NCBI GenBank assembly: GCA_963837955.1
Contig: CAWIPH010000002.1
Span: forward strand, 576,001-640,000
Origin: an uncultured Verrucomicrobiae bacterium
GTDB lineage: Bacteria > Verrucomicrobiota > Verrucomicrobiia > Chthoniobacterales > JAFAMB01
Direction of reading: 5' to 3'
DNA length: 64,000 bases
Made by a program: the position numbers and the translations under genes. Within the stretch, counting starts at the first letter, position 1; each line of letters starts with the position of its first letter. Below, in pieces: positions 9,087 to 18,634 of the stretch. Under the pieces are notes generated by a model that had not been told where the DNA came from, did not search any database, and saw only the letters and a program-made list of their open reading frames with translations.

Positions 9087-10367
9087 ATGAGGCGAAGAGC
9101 AGCAGAAAACGGTTTCACGGGGCAACTCGATAATTTCGCACTCCTAGACATTATTCAGATGGGCTGTCTGGCGCAGCGCGATGGGCGACTTTCGATTCGT
9201 AACGGTAGGCGGCGTGGAGAAGTGATACTCGCGCGAGGAAGAATAGTTCACGCCGCGACAGAGAGCCAGGTCGGCGAGGACGCTTTACTGGAAATCTTGA
9301 GTTGGGAGAAAGGTGAATTCCAATTCGCATCCACGGATTTTAGCGGCCCCTCTGATACTACGATTAGGGGAGGATGGGAGCGGGTTCTCATGGACGCAGT
9401 CCGCAAGCGCGACGAACTTAAGTCTGTTGGCTCTTACCAATCGAGAGATCGGGCTTTGCCGACCGATCGAAATTTTGCCGAAGGTCTCCTAATCCGCATC
9501 GAGAAGGAGCAAAGGCGAATCAAAAGGAGCCGCGACCTAAAGCGCATTTATTGGGCGGGGTTGTTACTAGTTGCCGCTTCCGTCGCGATTTACGTTGCGT
9601 CTATCGAGCATCAACGACTCACCAAATTTGGGAACAATTTGAGGACAGGTATTGCCGGACTAGTGGGAACACACTCTCGATGGCAGCGCCGAAAGGCGGA
9701 GCAGATAGCGATTCCTGCGGGCGAATTTATTTACCAAAACGGGGAGCGACTTAGGTCAGACCCATTCGTGATTGACAGTACGGAGGTGACGATATGGGAT
9801 TACGCGGATTTCTTGAAAGCGACAGGCGCGGATGGGCGTTTTGACCATCCATACCAAAGACCGCACAAAGGGCATTCTAACCAAGACTGGGAAAGCTACT
9901 CGCGCGCAGCATTTTCGGGTCAGATTTACCATGGTGTCCGGCTAAATCCCAATTTCCCAGCGGTTTACGTAGACTGGTTCGATGCGTACGCGTTTGCCAG
10001 ATGGAAGAGTCGCCGACTGCCAACGGAGCAGGAGTGGGAGAAAGCCGGACGCGGAGCCGACGGACGACGATATCCTTGGGGAGCGGATCTGATTGCCAAT
10101 GCGGCTAACCTGCTTGGCGCGCTCCAGGCCGGACCGAGCTGGACTGAAGTAGGTGCTTGGAAGCGCGATTGCAGCCCCTACGGAGTCTACGATATGGCTG
10201 GGAACGTCTCAGAATGGACAGCAAGCGACGATGGCCAAGGCAATCCAGTCGTTCGCGGCGGAAATTTCCGATCGGATAGTGGCGAGCTCACGCGCAGAAT
10301 TCTGCATCTTTCCCCGGAGACCAAAGACGAGCGAATCGGATTTCGGACCGTTCGCGACGGAGAGTAA
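9087..10367 (+). CDS. DUF4388 (PatA-N-like) + TM + FGE/SUMF1-fold protein
   Basis: N-terminal 'F.G.L....LLDIIQM...GRL.I...G.IVHA...GEDAL.EIL.W..GEF.F'; one TM; C-terminal 'EVT..DY', 'RRLPTEQEWEKAGRG..GRRYPWG', 'DMAGNVSEW', 'IGFR'. Start could be 9018. Confidence 0.8.
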   Translation: MRRRAAENGFTGQLDNFALLDIIQMGCLAQRDGRLSIRNGRRRGEVILARGRIVHAATESQVGEDALLEILSWEKGEFQFASTDFSGPSDTTIRGGWERVLMDAVRKRDELKSVGSYQSRDRALPTDRNFAEGLLIRIEKEQRRIKRSRDLKRIYWAGLLLVAASVAIYVASIEHQRLTKFGNNLRTGIAGLVGTHSRWQRRKAEQIAIPAGEFIYQNGERLRSDPFVIDSTEVTIWDYADFLKATGADGRFDHPYQRPHKGHSNQDWESYSRAAFSGQIYHGVRLNPNFPAVYVDWFDAYAFARWKSRRLPTEQEWEKAGRGADGRRYPWGADLIANAANLLGALQAGPSWTEVGAWKRDCSPYGVYDMAGNVSEWTASDDGQGNPVVRGGNFRSDSGELTRRILHLSPETKDERIGFRTVRDGE

Positions 10368-10471
10368 GAAAATAGTATAGATTCGGCGTAAAGCAGACAT
10401 TTCCTAAACGAAGGAAATTGGATCATAAAAACATTCGACGGAAGCGTTAGGATATAGATAATTTTTGATTG

Positions 10472-11098
10472 ATGTCCTTCATTAACTTCGTAAAAGGGGA
10501 GGTGGAGTTCAAGATTGTCTACTACGGTTGTGCGCTTGGTGGTAAGACGTCTTCCTTGGGCTACATTCACGAGCGAGTCGACGCCCAAGATAGAGGGAAT
10601 CTGATATTGTTGCCCACGCAGAACGATCGGACGCTTTTCTTCGATTTTTTGCCCGTTGATGGTGGGACGATCAAAGGGTTTAAAGTACGATTCAAACTTT
10701 GGACGGTCCCCGGGCAAGTCATGTACAATGCCACACGCCAACTCGTTCTCCGGGGTGTGGATGGAATCGTCTTCGTGGTTGACTCGCAGTGGGACCGGAT
10801 GGAGGCGAATATGGAGAGCCTTAGAAACCTCGAAGACAATCTTGCCGGACTGGAGTTAGGCCCAGATAAGGTAAGTTTTGCCTTCTTTTACAATAAGCGT
10901 GATTTACCAGAAGAAAGCACAGCCCCAGTCGAGGCGATCGACCTGCTCTTCCGACGCAAAATCGAAAAGACCAAGCGGTTCGCGGGAGATTGCATCAGCG
11001 GCAAGCACGTGTTCAACGCGTTAAATCAAGTAACGCAGAACGTCTTGCGTGAATTCTTGGTGAAAGATGATCTAGAGAACTATGAGGCCTACCGCTAA
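10472..11098 (+). CDS. mglA: MglA-family small GTPase (orphan, no adjacent MglB)
   Basis: MSFINF..EV.FKIVYYG..LGGKT, DRTLFFDFLP, TVPGQ, NKRD. Confidence 0.88.
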   Translation: MSFINFVKGEVEFKIVYYGCALGGKTSSLGYIHERVDAQDRGNLILLPTQNDRTLFFDFLPVDGGTIKGFKVRFKLWTVPGQVMYNATRQLVLRGVDGIVFVVDSQWDRMEANMESLRNLEDNLAGLELGPDKVSFAFFYNKRDLPEESTAPVEAIDLLFRRKIEKTKRFAGDCISGKHVFNALNQVTQNVLREFLVKDDLENYEAYR

Positions 11099-11477
11099 TA
11101 CCAAGAAGCGACGCTTGGTTTTGCTGTCTACGACCAAGGGTTTTTCCTTGGTCGAGATCTTGGTAGTATTAGCGATCATCGCGATCGCTGCGGGTTTCAT
11201 TACCCTTTCGATTTTGAACGCGCTGAAGCAACAGAATAGTCGGATGTGTCTGACGAACATGCTGACAATTGAAGCTGCTAAAGATGAATTTGCGCGAGAC
11301 CATCCCGGCTCAACTTCGATACCGAGCGTTACGGACTTTGCGCCGTACTTTCGCTTTGGCATACCCCGCTGCCCGAATAACCAGGGGACCGACTATAATA
11401 GCTTGTTGGATCTAAAGAACCCAGTGAGTTGCTCCGTGCATCCAGAGAACACTGCGAAGTTGAGTTCCGGAAAGTGA
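11082..11477 (+). CDS. Type IV pilin / pseudopilin
   Basis: Basic leader, prepilin cleavage site G|FSLVE with E5, hydrophobic helix, C-terminal CP...CSVH. Confidence 0.88.
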   Translation: MRPTANTKKRRLVLLSTTKGFSLVEILVVLAIIAIAAGFITLSILNALKQQNSRMCLTNMLTIEAAKDEFARDHPGSTSIPSVTDFAPYFRFGIPRCPNNQGTDYNSLLDLKNPVSCSVHPENTAKLSSGK

Positions 11478-12529
11478 ACAGTGCATTGACCGCCGTGCTG
11501 CAACGTTGGAAGACCGTTATCGACTTTGTCCGGAGACACGAAGTCAGTGACGTTTCGCTATTCCGAAACAATGTTTCAGCCCGATTGGAAGGACAAATTG
11601 TGTCTTTGACCGAGCCAGGGGCGCTGTCGGACGAGGATGTTCAACTAATGATCGGCGAATTGGTTAAAGATTTGCCAGCCCTGGGTAAACAGTTATTGGC
11701 AGGCCAAAAATCGGTCGATTTCACAACAGCGCTCCACTCTAAGCGGTTTAGGGTTAACATTGCTCTCGCGCAAGGTCAGCTTTTCGCGTCGCTGCGCCCG
11801 CTTCCTGACGCGCCGCCGGAGCCGAAAGATGTAGGTCTTACCGGCCAAATAATAAAACTCGTAACCTCACTGAATGACGGGTTAATCCTGATTTCGGGTC
11901 CAACTGGTTCCGGAAAAACGACGACCATTGCTTCCTTGATCGAAGCGATCAACCAAGCGCGTCAACATAAGATTGTGACCATTGAGGATCCGATCGAATT
12001 CGTTTTCTCCGGGAAGCAGTCTGAAATCATTCAACGCGAGGTTGGCGTCGACGTGGAGTCATACTCGACAGGGTTGCGAGAGGCTCTCAGACAAAACCCG
12101 GATGTGATCGTCGTCGGCGAAATTCGCGATACCGAAACTGCGACGGTTGCTCTCCAAGCGGCAGAGACCGGACATTTGGTGATTGGATCATTGCACGCGA
12201 GAAGCGTAGTGGAAACGGTTACTCGTTTCGTGTTGTTAGCCCCTGATAAAAGCTCGGCAGAAGTTAGGTACGTTTTTGGAACGGCTATGCGTCTGATTGC
12301 GAATCAACGGCTCTTGCGCAAAAGGCAGGGTGGGCGAGTCGCTGTCCGCGAAATCTGCGTCCATGCGCCCAAGGTTGAGTCGGTGATTTTGTCGGGCAAT
12401 GAGCAGGAATTGGAGAATTACATGTTAAGCGGCAGAGACTTGGGAATGATCGACTTCCAAACCGCGCTCCGGCAGGTCCAGGGCCAATTAGCACCTATAG
12501 ATTTCCAAACCAACTCAAAGGCTCGCTGA
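11474..12529 (+). CDS. pilT: PilT/PilU-like type IV pilus ATPase (divergent)
   Basis: RFRVN, Walker A GPTGSGKTTT, Asp box EDPIE, ALRQNPDVIVVGEIRD, His box TGHLVIGSLH. The GTG start overlaps the pilin stop (GTGA). Confidence 0.85.
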   Translation: MNSALTAVLQRWKTVIDFVRRHEVSDVSLFRNNVSARLEGQIVSLTEPGALSDEDVQLMIGELVKDLPALGKQLLAGQKSVDFTTALHSKRFRVNIALAQGQLFASLRPLPDAPPEPKDVGLTGQIIKLVTSLNDGLILISGPTGSGKTTTIASLIEAINQARQHKIVTIEDPIEFVFSGKQSEIIQREVGVDVESYSTGLREALRQNPDVIVVGEIRDTETATVALQAAETGHLVIGSLHARSVVETVTRFVLLAPDKSSAEVRYVFGTAMRLIANQRLLRKRQGGRVAVREICVHAPKVESVILSGNEQELENYMLSGRDLGMIDFQTALRQVQGQLAPIDFQTNSKAR

Positions 12530-12531
12530 GT

Positions 12532-13335
12532 CTATTCCTTCTGTGAAGTGGGTTCGAAGGCTTGTAATTCCGCGAATACGTACCCGATGAAAATATCTGC
12601 TTCGACCCGCAGCGGAATGCGGAACTCATCGTCCGAAATCCATCCGCGCCCGCTCCGGAAGCGTTTGTAGGTCTTGAGCTGCAAATGTTGGTCGATCGAT
12701 TTAAAATTTAGATTGATCTTGATCGCGTTGTGATCCGTGTCGCCTATCCGGATCTTTTCCCGTCCCACGACTTCAAAGGTGGCCAGGTAAGCGGCGTTGT
12801 TTGCGTAAACCACCATCACTTCCTTCTCGCCATCCGTCAGTGGTTGACTGCGCAACCAAAAGTATGCGGTCTCAAAACTGAATACCGGCGCAAATTCTAG
12901 TGTTCGTGTTTTGGGAGGTTCTTTGGCAGGGGTGATATCCCGAGTACTCGTGGTTCCCTTGGAAGTAAAATCGATGGTCGTTTTGATATCTTGCGACGCA
13001 TATTTCTCGGTCTGGACGATACGCGATGGCAAAAGAGTCGACCGATGCGAGAGGCATTCATGGTCCAGATCTAAAGGGAAGAGGGCGCGAACCAATCCGA
13101 CTGTGCCGCCGTTCGCTTTGGTTCTGACCAGGTCTCCGTGGTTAGTCAGACGAACCTCCGCTTCCGCAGCCGTGATGCCGCTCCAACCAAAGCGATAGGT
13201 GAGGTGACTGTTTGGTGGAAAGCCCAGAGATCCAGGTCCTTTAGCGGTAGTTACCGAATCAGCCCAGGGAGGTGTGTCCGCTCCCCAACTAACCGACAAG
13301 AAAATAAGGAAGAAAAATGGAAGGGTAATCTTCAT
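12532..13335 (-). CDS. DUF3108-like exported protein
   Basis: Signal peptide; 'LTYRFGWSGI.A', 'WISDD..RIPLRVE...FIG'; last gene of the Bat operon. Confidence 0.65.
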   Translation of the reverse strand: MKITLPFFFLIFLSVSWGADTPPWADSVTTAKGPGSLGFPPNSHLTYRFGWSGITAAEAEVRLTNHGDLVRTKANGGTVGLVRALFPLDLDHECLSHRSTLLPSRIVQTEKYASQDIKTTIDFTSKGTTSTRDITPAKEPPKTRTLEFAPVFSFETAYFWLRSQPLTDGEKEVMVVYANNAAYLATFEVVGREKIRIGDTDHNAIKINLNFKSIDQHLQLKTYKRFRSGRGWISDDEFRIPLRVEADIFIGYVFAELQAFEPTSQKE

Positions 13336-14081
13336 TTGGGTATGATGCGCTCGACGCTCTGGGTGGGAATCCAACCGCTCAAACCGCTGCCTAAACGACA
13401 TAGCGTCCAGTCACCGCGCTCCGCTATCAACTGTAACTCCTGGCCTGCGCCAGCCGTTACCATGGTGCGCGCACTAGCACCCGGACCATACCGAACATCC
13501 GCGCTCTGGTCGACGACCACCGCCAGACTCCGATCTTTCAGCCCGTCGCCGACCCAAAACGTCAGACCAACACTCAAAAGAAAGAGGGGAGCAACCACCA
13601 GTAATCCGTTCCTTCCCCAAGCCCGAAATCGCTGGCTGCTAGTCCATACTAACGCCGCCAGCGCCGTTAACCAAAAGAGGATGGCGGTGCTGACAGGCCA
13701 AAAATCGGACCGCAATGTTAACCAACGATAAATTGAATGCTCATCCCCGGCGCCGGTTGAGCGCAGGACAGAATCGAGATTCTGTTGAGCGGCGCTAAAA
13801 CCCGGGTCCAGGATCAATGAACGACGGAAATTGAGTATTGCTCGTCCTGGTTCGCCCTGCTTCAACCATATATTGCCGAGATTGAAAAAAAGCTCCGGAG
13901 CGATTACCCCGTTAGAAATTAACTGTAGGTAATTGGCTCTGGCTTCATCATACTTTCCGTCCCGGTAAGTTTGATTCGCTTGCTGCAAAGTAACCGATTC
14001 GTTTGCATAGATGACACCGTGCGCCAGGAAAACCCAGGCGCCCACCCCCATCAGCAAACCTTTTATGGCGCCTTTTCCCAT
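13332..14081 (-). CDS. batE: BatE-like TPR + TM + SH3 protein
   Basis: TPR 'AN..Y..G.Y..A...Y', 'FNLGN', two TMs, C-terminal SH3-like 'GWIP'. Confidence 0.75.
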   Translation of the reverse strand: MGKGAIKGLLMGVGAWVFLAHGVIYANESVTLQQANQTYRDGKYDEARANYLQLISNGVIAPELFFNLGNIWLKQGEPGRAILNFRRSLILDPGFSAAQQNLDSVLRSTGAGDEHSIYRWLTLRSDFWPVSTAILFWLTALAALVWTSSQRFRAWGRNGLLVVAPLFLLSVGLTFWVGDGLKDRSLAVVVDQSADVRYGPGASARTMVTAGAGQELQLIAERGDWTLCRLGSGLSGWIPTQSVERIIPK

Positions 14082-15817
14082 GCCTCGATCAAATCCTTGA
14101 TTTCTGTGCGCTCGATTGGCGAGAGCGTATACGTTTGGTGAGCGTACACACAGTTTTCCCGTTTCTCGATCATCCGAGCTAATGCGTTTCGGAGATCATC
14201 TGGTACCCGCTTTCGTTGTAAGGCTTCTTCGACAGTGATGTGGCGAAGCTCCCCTTTGGCTCGCACCAATTGATCAAGCTGGATGAGACGGACCGCAGCG
14301 GAGAGTGCTACGTCGGCTTGGGGAGAATCAAGTTTGCGGCGCTGGGAGCGCCGATCGGCTAAGAGCCCTCGCAGTGGGGCTGTTCTTCGGGATCGCTGCA
14401 GTGCCCAATACCCGAAACCCAGAGCAGCCAGGATTCCGGCCGGAACGAGCTGAATAAGCCAGAACCACGAATTTCGCCAGACAGGCTCGAAAGAGCCCTT
14501 CGTCTGACTTTTACTTACGAAGTCGATCAAGCCCGAAGCTGGGGTAGGCGAAGGACTCGTTTGCTGTGATGAAGCGTTCGCAGTCTGTTGAGCGGTGGGC
14601 TCCGGAATTTGCTGGCCCTCAACACTGATCTCTTTTGGGTCGAGCTCCAGGCTTACATATTTCTCCTGTTCCGGATCAAAATACGAGAAGCTCGCTCCAG
14701 GCGATTCACGGACCGGCCCGTTGGCCACTAGCGGAAAATGGAAGGTCTTCACCGCGTTCAAGCCAATGTCATCTTGCGCCTCAATCTCGGACGTGACCTG
14801 GTGCACATGCCAAACTGGTTTCGCCGCCAGCACCGGCGCCTGGACTCGATCAAAGTTCCCGTTCCCGGAAATTTGGATTCGCAGATCGAGCGGATCACCA
14901 ACGTTGGCGTGGAGTGGCTGAATCGACCCTGTCATCGTAAATGATCCGATTGCTCCACTGAAGTTGGCCGGACGGCCGTCCGTGGGTAAGGCCTTGATCT
15001 GCAGCGTAGCGCTGTTGGTGGCAATGGATACTTCTTTCCGTTCGTATCCGCTGAACCCATTGCCGAAAGGTGACTGATCAAAATCATCATCGAATCCGGG
15101 CGGAGCGTTCCGCAGAACGGGAACATGCAGCAGGAATTCCTGGGACGCGGAATGAAGATCGAGCTGTCCGGCTTGCACCCCGGTAACAGCTGTCTTGTAG
15201 ATCAGCACGCGGTACCAACGGCCGTTCACTTGCACCTCTTTTTCAGCCGGATCCGGATACTTCGCCGTCACAAAACCGTCCCCATCAATGATTGGGAGCT
15301 GGCCTTGCGGATAGGGCTGGTACCAGATCCGCCGATCAAAATAAAATCTCAGTTCCACCGGGACCGGTTCCCCGACGTAGGCGGAATCTTTTGGAACCAC
15401 CAATTCACCGAAATACGATTTGTTTGATTCTGTTGGCTTGGCCGGCTCCTCTTTAACCACCGCGAGAGTTAAAGGCGACGTCTGAAGCTCTCGGCCGTTG
15501 AGGTTCAGCTTGATAGGCGGAATCGAGAACGTTCCCTCCCGTTGCGGAGTGACCACGTAGATGAAATTAACGCTGAACGAGATCTCGCCATTCAACGTCT
15601 GCACCCGCGTCGACTGGCTCGCAAATTGGACGGAAAGGCCTTCCACCGAAATGTTTGGAGGCTCTGCGGCGCGCGCGTTGCGGACTTCGACTTCCAATTG
15701 GACAGGGTGGGCAACGGTCGTGTGGTCGCTGGACAAATTGGCTTGGACTTTCGGTTCGCCGGGATCACTCCTCCCGACCACGCAAAGCATTATCAGCCAA
15801 GCTAGTTGCAGGTTCAT
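14063..15817 (-). CDS. batD: BatD-like protein
   Basis: Signal peptide, tandem beta-sandwich repeats, 'P..F.GA.G.F', C-terminal TM; operon context. Confidence 0.8.
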   Translation of the reverse strand: MNLQLAWLIMLCVVGRSDPGEPKVQANLSSDHTTVAHPVQLEVEVRNARAAEPPNISVEGLSVQFASQSTRVQTLNGEISFSVNFIYVVTPQREGTFSIPPIKLNLNGRELQTSPLTLAVVKEEPAKPTESNKSYFGELVVPKDSAYVGEPVPVELRFYFDRRIWYQPYPQGQLPIIDGDGFVTAKYPDPAEKEVQVNGRWYRVLIYKTAVTGVQAGQLDLHSASQEFLLHVPVLRNAPPGFDDDFDQSPFGNGFSGYERKEVSIATNSATLQIKALPTDGRPANFSGAIGSFTMTGSIQPLHANVGDPLDLRIQISGNGNFDRVQAPVLAAKPVWHVHQVTSEIEAQDDIGLNAVKTFHFPLVANGPVRESPGASFSYFDPEQEKYVSLELDPKEISVEGQQIPEPTAQQTANASSQQTSPSPTPASGLIDFVSKSQTKGSFEPVWRNSWFWLIQLVPAGILAALGFGYWALQRSRRTAPLRGLLADRRSQRRKLDSPQADVALSAAVRLIQLDQLVRAKGELRHITVEEALQRKRVPDDLRNALARMIEKRENCVYAHQTYTLSPIERTEIKDLIEAWEKAP

Positions 15818-15818
15818 T

Positions 15819-17633
15819 TTACCAATCCTTGAGCACCGGGCGATCGGTCTTCTTGCGGCGAGACAGATCAACGTGATCCTCGTCGTCGCGGAACGAATCC
15901 AGCAGTCCGTTTGCTTCTTCGGGAGTCATCCTTTGTCCATTCGGAAGCTGAGCTCCCGGTCTCTCTTTCGCTGAGTCGCTCGGCTCGATCGAGCGCAAGT
16001 CTCCCTGCTTCTTCTTTTCTGGTCCCGCATCGGTGTCCGGAGCAGGCGTCCGACCTGACCCGGAACGGTTTTGAGCAGATGGATCGGACCCTCGATTTGG
16101 CTGTTGTCCGCTGTCACCCGGCGATTGTCCTTGGCCAGACGGAGATCCGTTTGACTGCTGTTTCCCGCTCGAACTTCGCGTTCCACCTTGCTGCTGCTTT
16201 CGCTTCTTCAGTTCTTCGATCCGCCGCTTTACCACGGCCAAATTCCGCTTGGCCGCTTCGTCGTTGGGATCGATAGCCAGAGCTTGCTCGTAAAGATATT
16301 TCGCGTCTTGGTAATTGGTCAGCTGCCGTTCGACATCTTCCTGCGAGTCGCCCTCCTTGCAGAGCGCATTGCCGCTATTGTAGTAGGCTCTTTCGCGAAC
16401 ATCCGGATTCGAACTTCGCAGTGCTTCGGAAAAATTTTCAAATGCCTGATCGTATTTTCCGATCCGATAGGCGGCAGTTCCGGCATTGAAGTTGAGCAAT
16501 GGATCATGCGGCGAGTGCTCGAGTTCCTGTTGCCATTGCTGGAGCGCTGCGCTGTAATCTCCCTGTTTGTACAGATCAAAAGCGCTCGCCGCTTCGGCCG
16601 GCGGGGCGACGCCGAAGCTGAGAATGAGCAGCGATGCCACGGCGGCTTTTTGGAGCCGCTGTCGGTCGCTCAGAATCGAGGAGATAATCAACAACAATAA
16701 TCCTAAGACAACAGGCATCTGGTAGCGTTCGATAGGAGTACGAAAAGTGCGCCCACCTAGGCTCGAGTCACCCAGACGATTGATTCCATCCCGGACCAAT
16801 CGCAAAACCGTATCCGGACCCAAATGCAGATAAAAGCCGCCGGTGATTTGAGCGATCGCCTTCAGTCGGGCCTCGTCTAGTCTGGTCTTCACGACCTTTC
16901 CGGTACTGTCCCGGAGCAGCTGTCCGTTTGGCAACGGGATCGCTGCTCCGTCCGATGATCCGACTCCGACCGTAAAAATGCGAATCCCGCTCTTGGAAGC
17001 ACGTTGAGCCTCGGCTACGCCATCCTCGTCTAATTCTTCGCCGTCTGTAATCAACACCAAAGCCTTGTAGCTTTCGCCGTTGCGGCCGAGGATCAATTCC
17101 CCGGCTCGGATGGCAGCAGCGATATCGGTACCACCCCGCGCGACGGTACTGGTATTGAGTTCATTGATTGTGGCAATCACCGTGTCGTAATCAATCGTCA
17201 GCGGAGCCTCGACTTGGGCATCCCCGGCGAATGCCAGCAATCCAAAGCGATCTCCTGGCATTGACTCGATCAGATCTTCAGCAGCTAGCTTGGCTCGGGC
17301 CAGCCTGCTCGGCACCACGTCGGTGCTCAGCATGCTTTTCGAAGTGTCTATTGCCAGAAGGATATCGCGCCCTCGAAAATTTTGGACCTCCTGAATTTCT
17401 CCCCATTGCGGCTGGGCCAGCGCGACAACGAAGCAAGCCAAGGCTGCCAGAAAAAGAAAGCGCCTCCAGCGACGGAGGCGTTTGTCCACCGGGTCGGTCA
17501 GAGAAGGCAGTAGCCGGGAAGCAACAATTCGTTCGAGGCGTTTGCGCACGAGTTGGTCGCCCTGGCGCATGAGAACGATGACAATTGGAACCAGAACCAG
17601 GAGCAGCAGTGCCAGCGGTCGTCCGAAACTCAT
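15819..17633 (-). CDS. BatB/BatC fusion (VWA + TPR + Gln/Ser-rich tail)
   Basis: MIDAS DTSKS, 'PSRL..AK', TDGE; TPR region 'YYNSGN'; C-terminal KDW typical of BatC. Confidence 0.85.
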   Translation of the reverse strand: MSFGRPLALLLLVLVPIVIVLMRQGDQLVRKRLERIVASRLLPSLTDPVDKRLRRWRRFLFLAALACFVVALAQPQWGEIQEVQNFRGRDILLAIDTSKSMLSTDVVPSRLARAKLAAEDLIESMPGDRFGLLAFAGDAQVEAPLTIDYDTVIATINELNTSTVARGGTDIAAAIRAGELILGRNGESYKALVLITDGEELDEDGVAEAQRASKSGIRIFTVGVGSSDGAAIPLPNGQLLRDSTGKVVKTRLDEARLKAIAQITGGFYLHLGPDTVLRLVRDGINRLGDSSLGGRTFRTPIERYQMPVVLGLLLLIISSILSDRQRLQKAAVASLLILSFGVAPPAEAASAFDLYKQGDYSAALQQWQQELEHSPHDPLLNFNAGTAAYRIGKYDQAFENFSEALRSSNPDVRERAYYNSGNALCKEGDSQEDVERQLTNYQDAKYLYEQALAIDPNDEAAKRNLAVVKRRIEELKKRKQQQGGTRSSSGKQQSNGSPSGQGQSPGDSGQQPNRGSDPSAQNRSGSGRTPAPDTDAGPEKKKQGDLRSIEPSDSAKERPGAQLPNGQRMTPEEANGLLDSFRDDEDHVDLSRRKKTDRPVLKDW

Positions 17634-18634
17634 GGTGCGGTCCTCCAAATGGTTTCTCCTAAAAGGGTACCGACACCCAGCAGCGCGACTCCCGCTCCAA
17701 TAAACCAGGAAAAGAAGTCGCCATAATGTTGAATCTGGCGGACATCCATTTCGGTTTTCTCCAACCGATTAATCGCGCTGAAGATCGCCTCCATTCCCCG
17801 GGTATCAGTAGCTCGAAAGAATTGGCCATGCCCAATTTCAGCAATTTTTCGGCAGGTGTCTTCCTGAAACGGCATATACTCTTCAGTGTAAAACTTATTT
17901 CCGAACCGATCAGTTTCCGGGAAAGGCACTAGTCCATTTGTGCCAGTCCCGATGGTGTAAATTTTGATACCGACGGCCGCGGCTGCCTCTGCCGCGGTGA
18001 ACGGGGGCACGGAACCGGCGTTATTATCGCCATCGGTCAACAAGACGATGACTCGGCTTTTTGCCTTGCGATCTCGCAACCGGTTAGCGGCGCTCACTAG
18101 AGCGGACCCGATTGCGGTGCCATCCTCAGTCAATCCAATTTGGAGTTTGCTGAGGTTGGATAGCAGCCAGGTATGATCCAGGGTAAGCGGGCTAACCAGA
18201 AAGGGTCGCCCGGCAAACGCGATGACTCCGATGCGGTCGTTGGGCCGGCCTTCGATGAACCGTTCAGTCACCTGTTTCACGACGTCGATTCGACTAGCCC
18301 GCTCAGCTCCGATCGTGAAATCTTCCGATAACATCGACCGAGACACATCCAGCAGGATCATAACATCGATGCCGCTGGCCCGAATTTGCGAGCTGGTAGT
18401 CCCAAACTGCGGGCGCGCCAATCCGATAATGAGACTGAAAAGCGCTGTATAAAGAAGTGTTCTTTGGATGAAAACGCGATTCGATCCCGCAAACTTAAAG
18501 CCGTTTCGAAAAATGCGCGCCGGCGCAAACTGCAGGCTGGGCGATTTCATTCGCCGCTGGCAAAACCAGATCAGAGGCAACACCAGAAGAGCCAATAGGA
18601 ACCAACTGTGCTCAAATCGGAAATGCATGATCAA
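17630..18634 (-). CDS. batA: BatA-like VWA domain protein
   Basis: LARPQ, DVSRS MIDAS, GTAIG, LLTDG.NN.G. Confidence 0.88.
   Translation of the reverse strand: MIMHFRFEHSWFLLALLVLPLIWFCQRRMKSPSLQFAPARIFRNGFKFAGSNRVFIQRTLLYTALFSLIIGLARPQFGTTSSQIRASGIDVMILLDVSRSMLSEDFTIGAERASRIDVVKQVTERFIEGRPNDRIGVIAFAGRPFLVSPLTLDHTWLLSNLSKLQIGLTEDGTAIGSALVSAANRLRDRKAKSRVIVLLTDGDNNAGSVPPFTAAEAAAAVGIKIYTIGTGTNGLVPFPETDRFGNKFYTEEYMPFQEDTCRKIAEIGHGQFFRATDTRGMEAIFSAINRLEKTEMDVRQIQHYGDFFSWFIGAGVALLGVGTLLGETIWRTAP

Noticed and set aside
10200..10367. Diversity-generating retroelement variable region at the FGE-domain C-terminus
   Set aside because: No template-repeat copy and no reverse transcriptase seen in the window.
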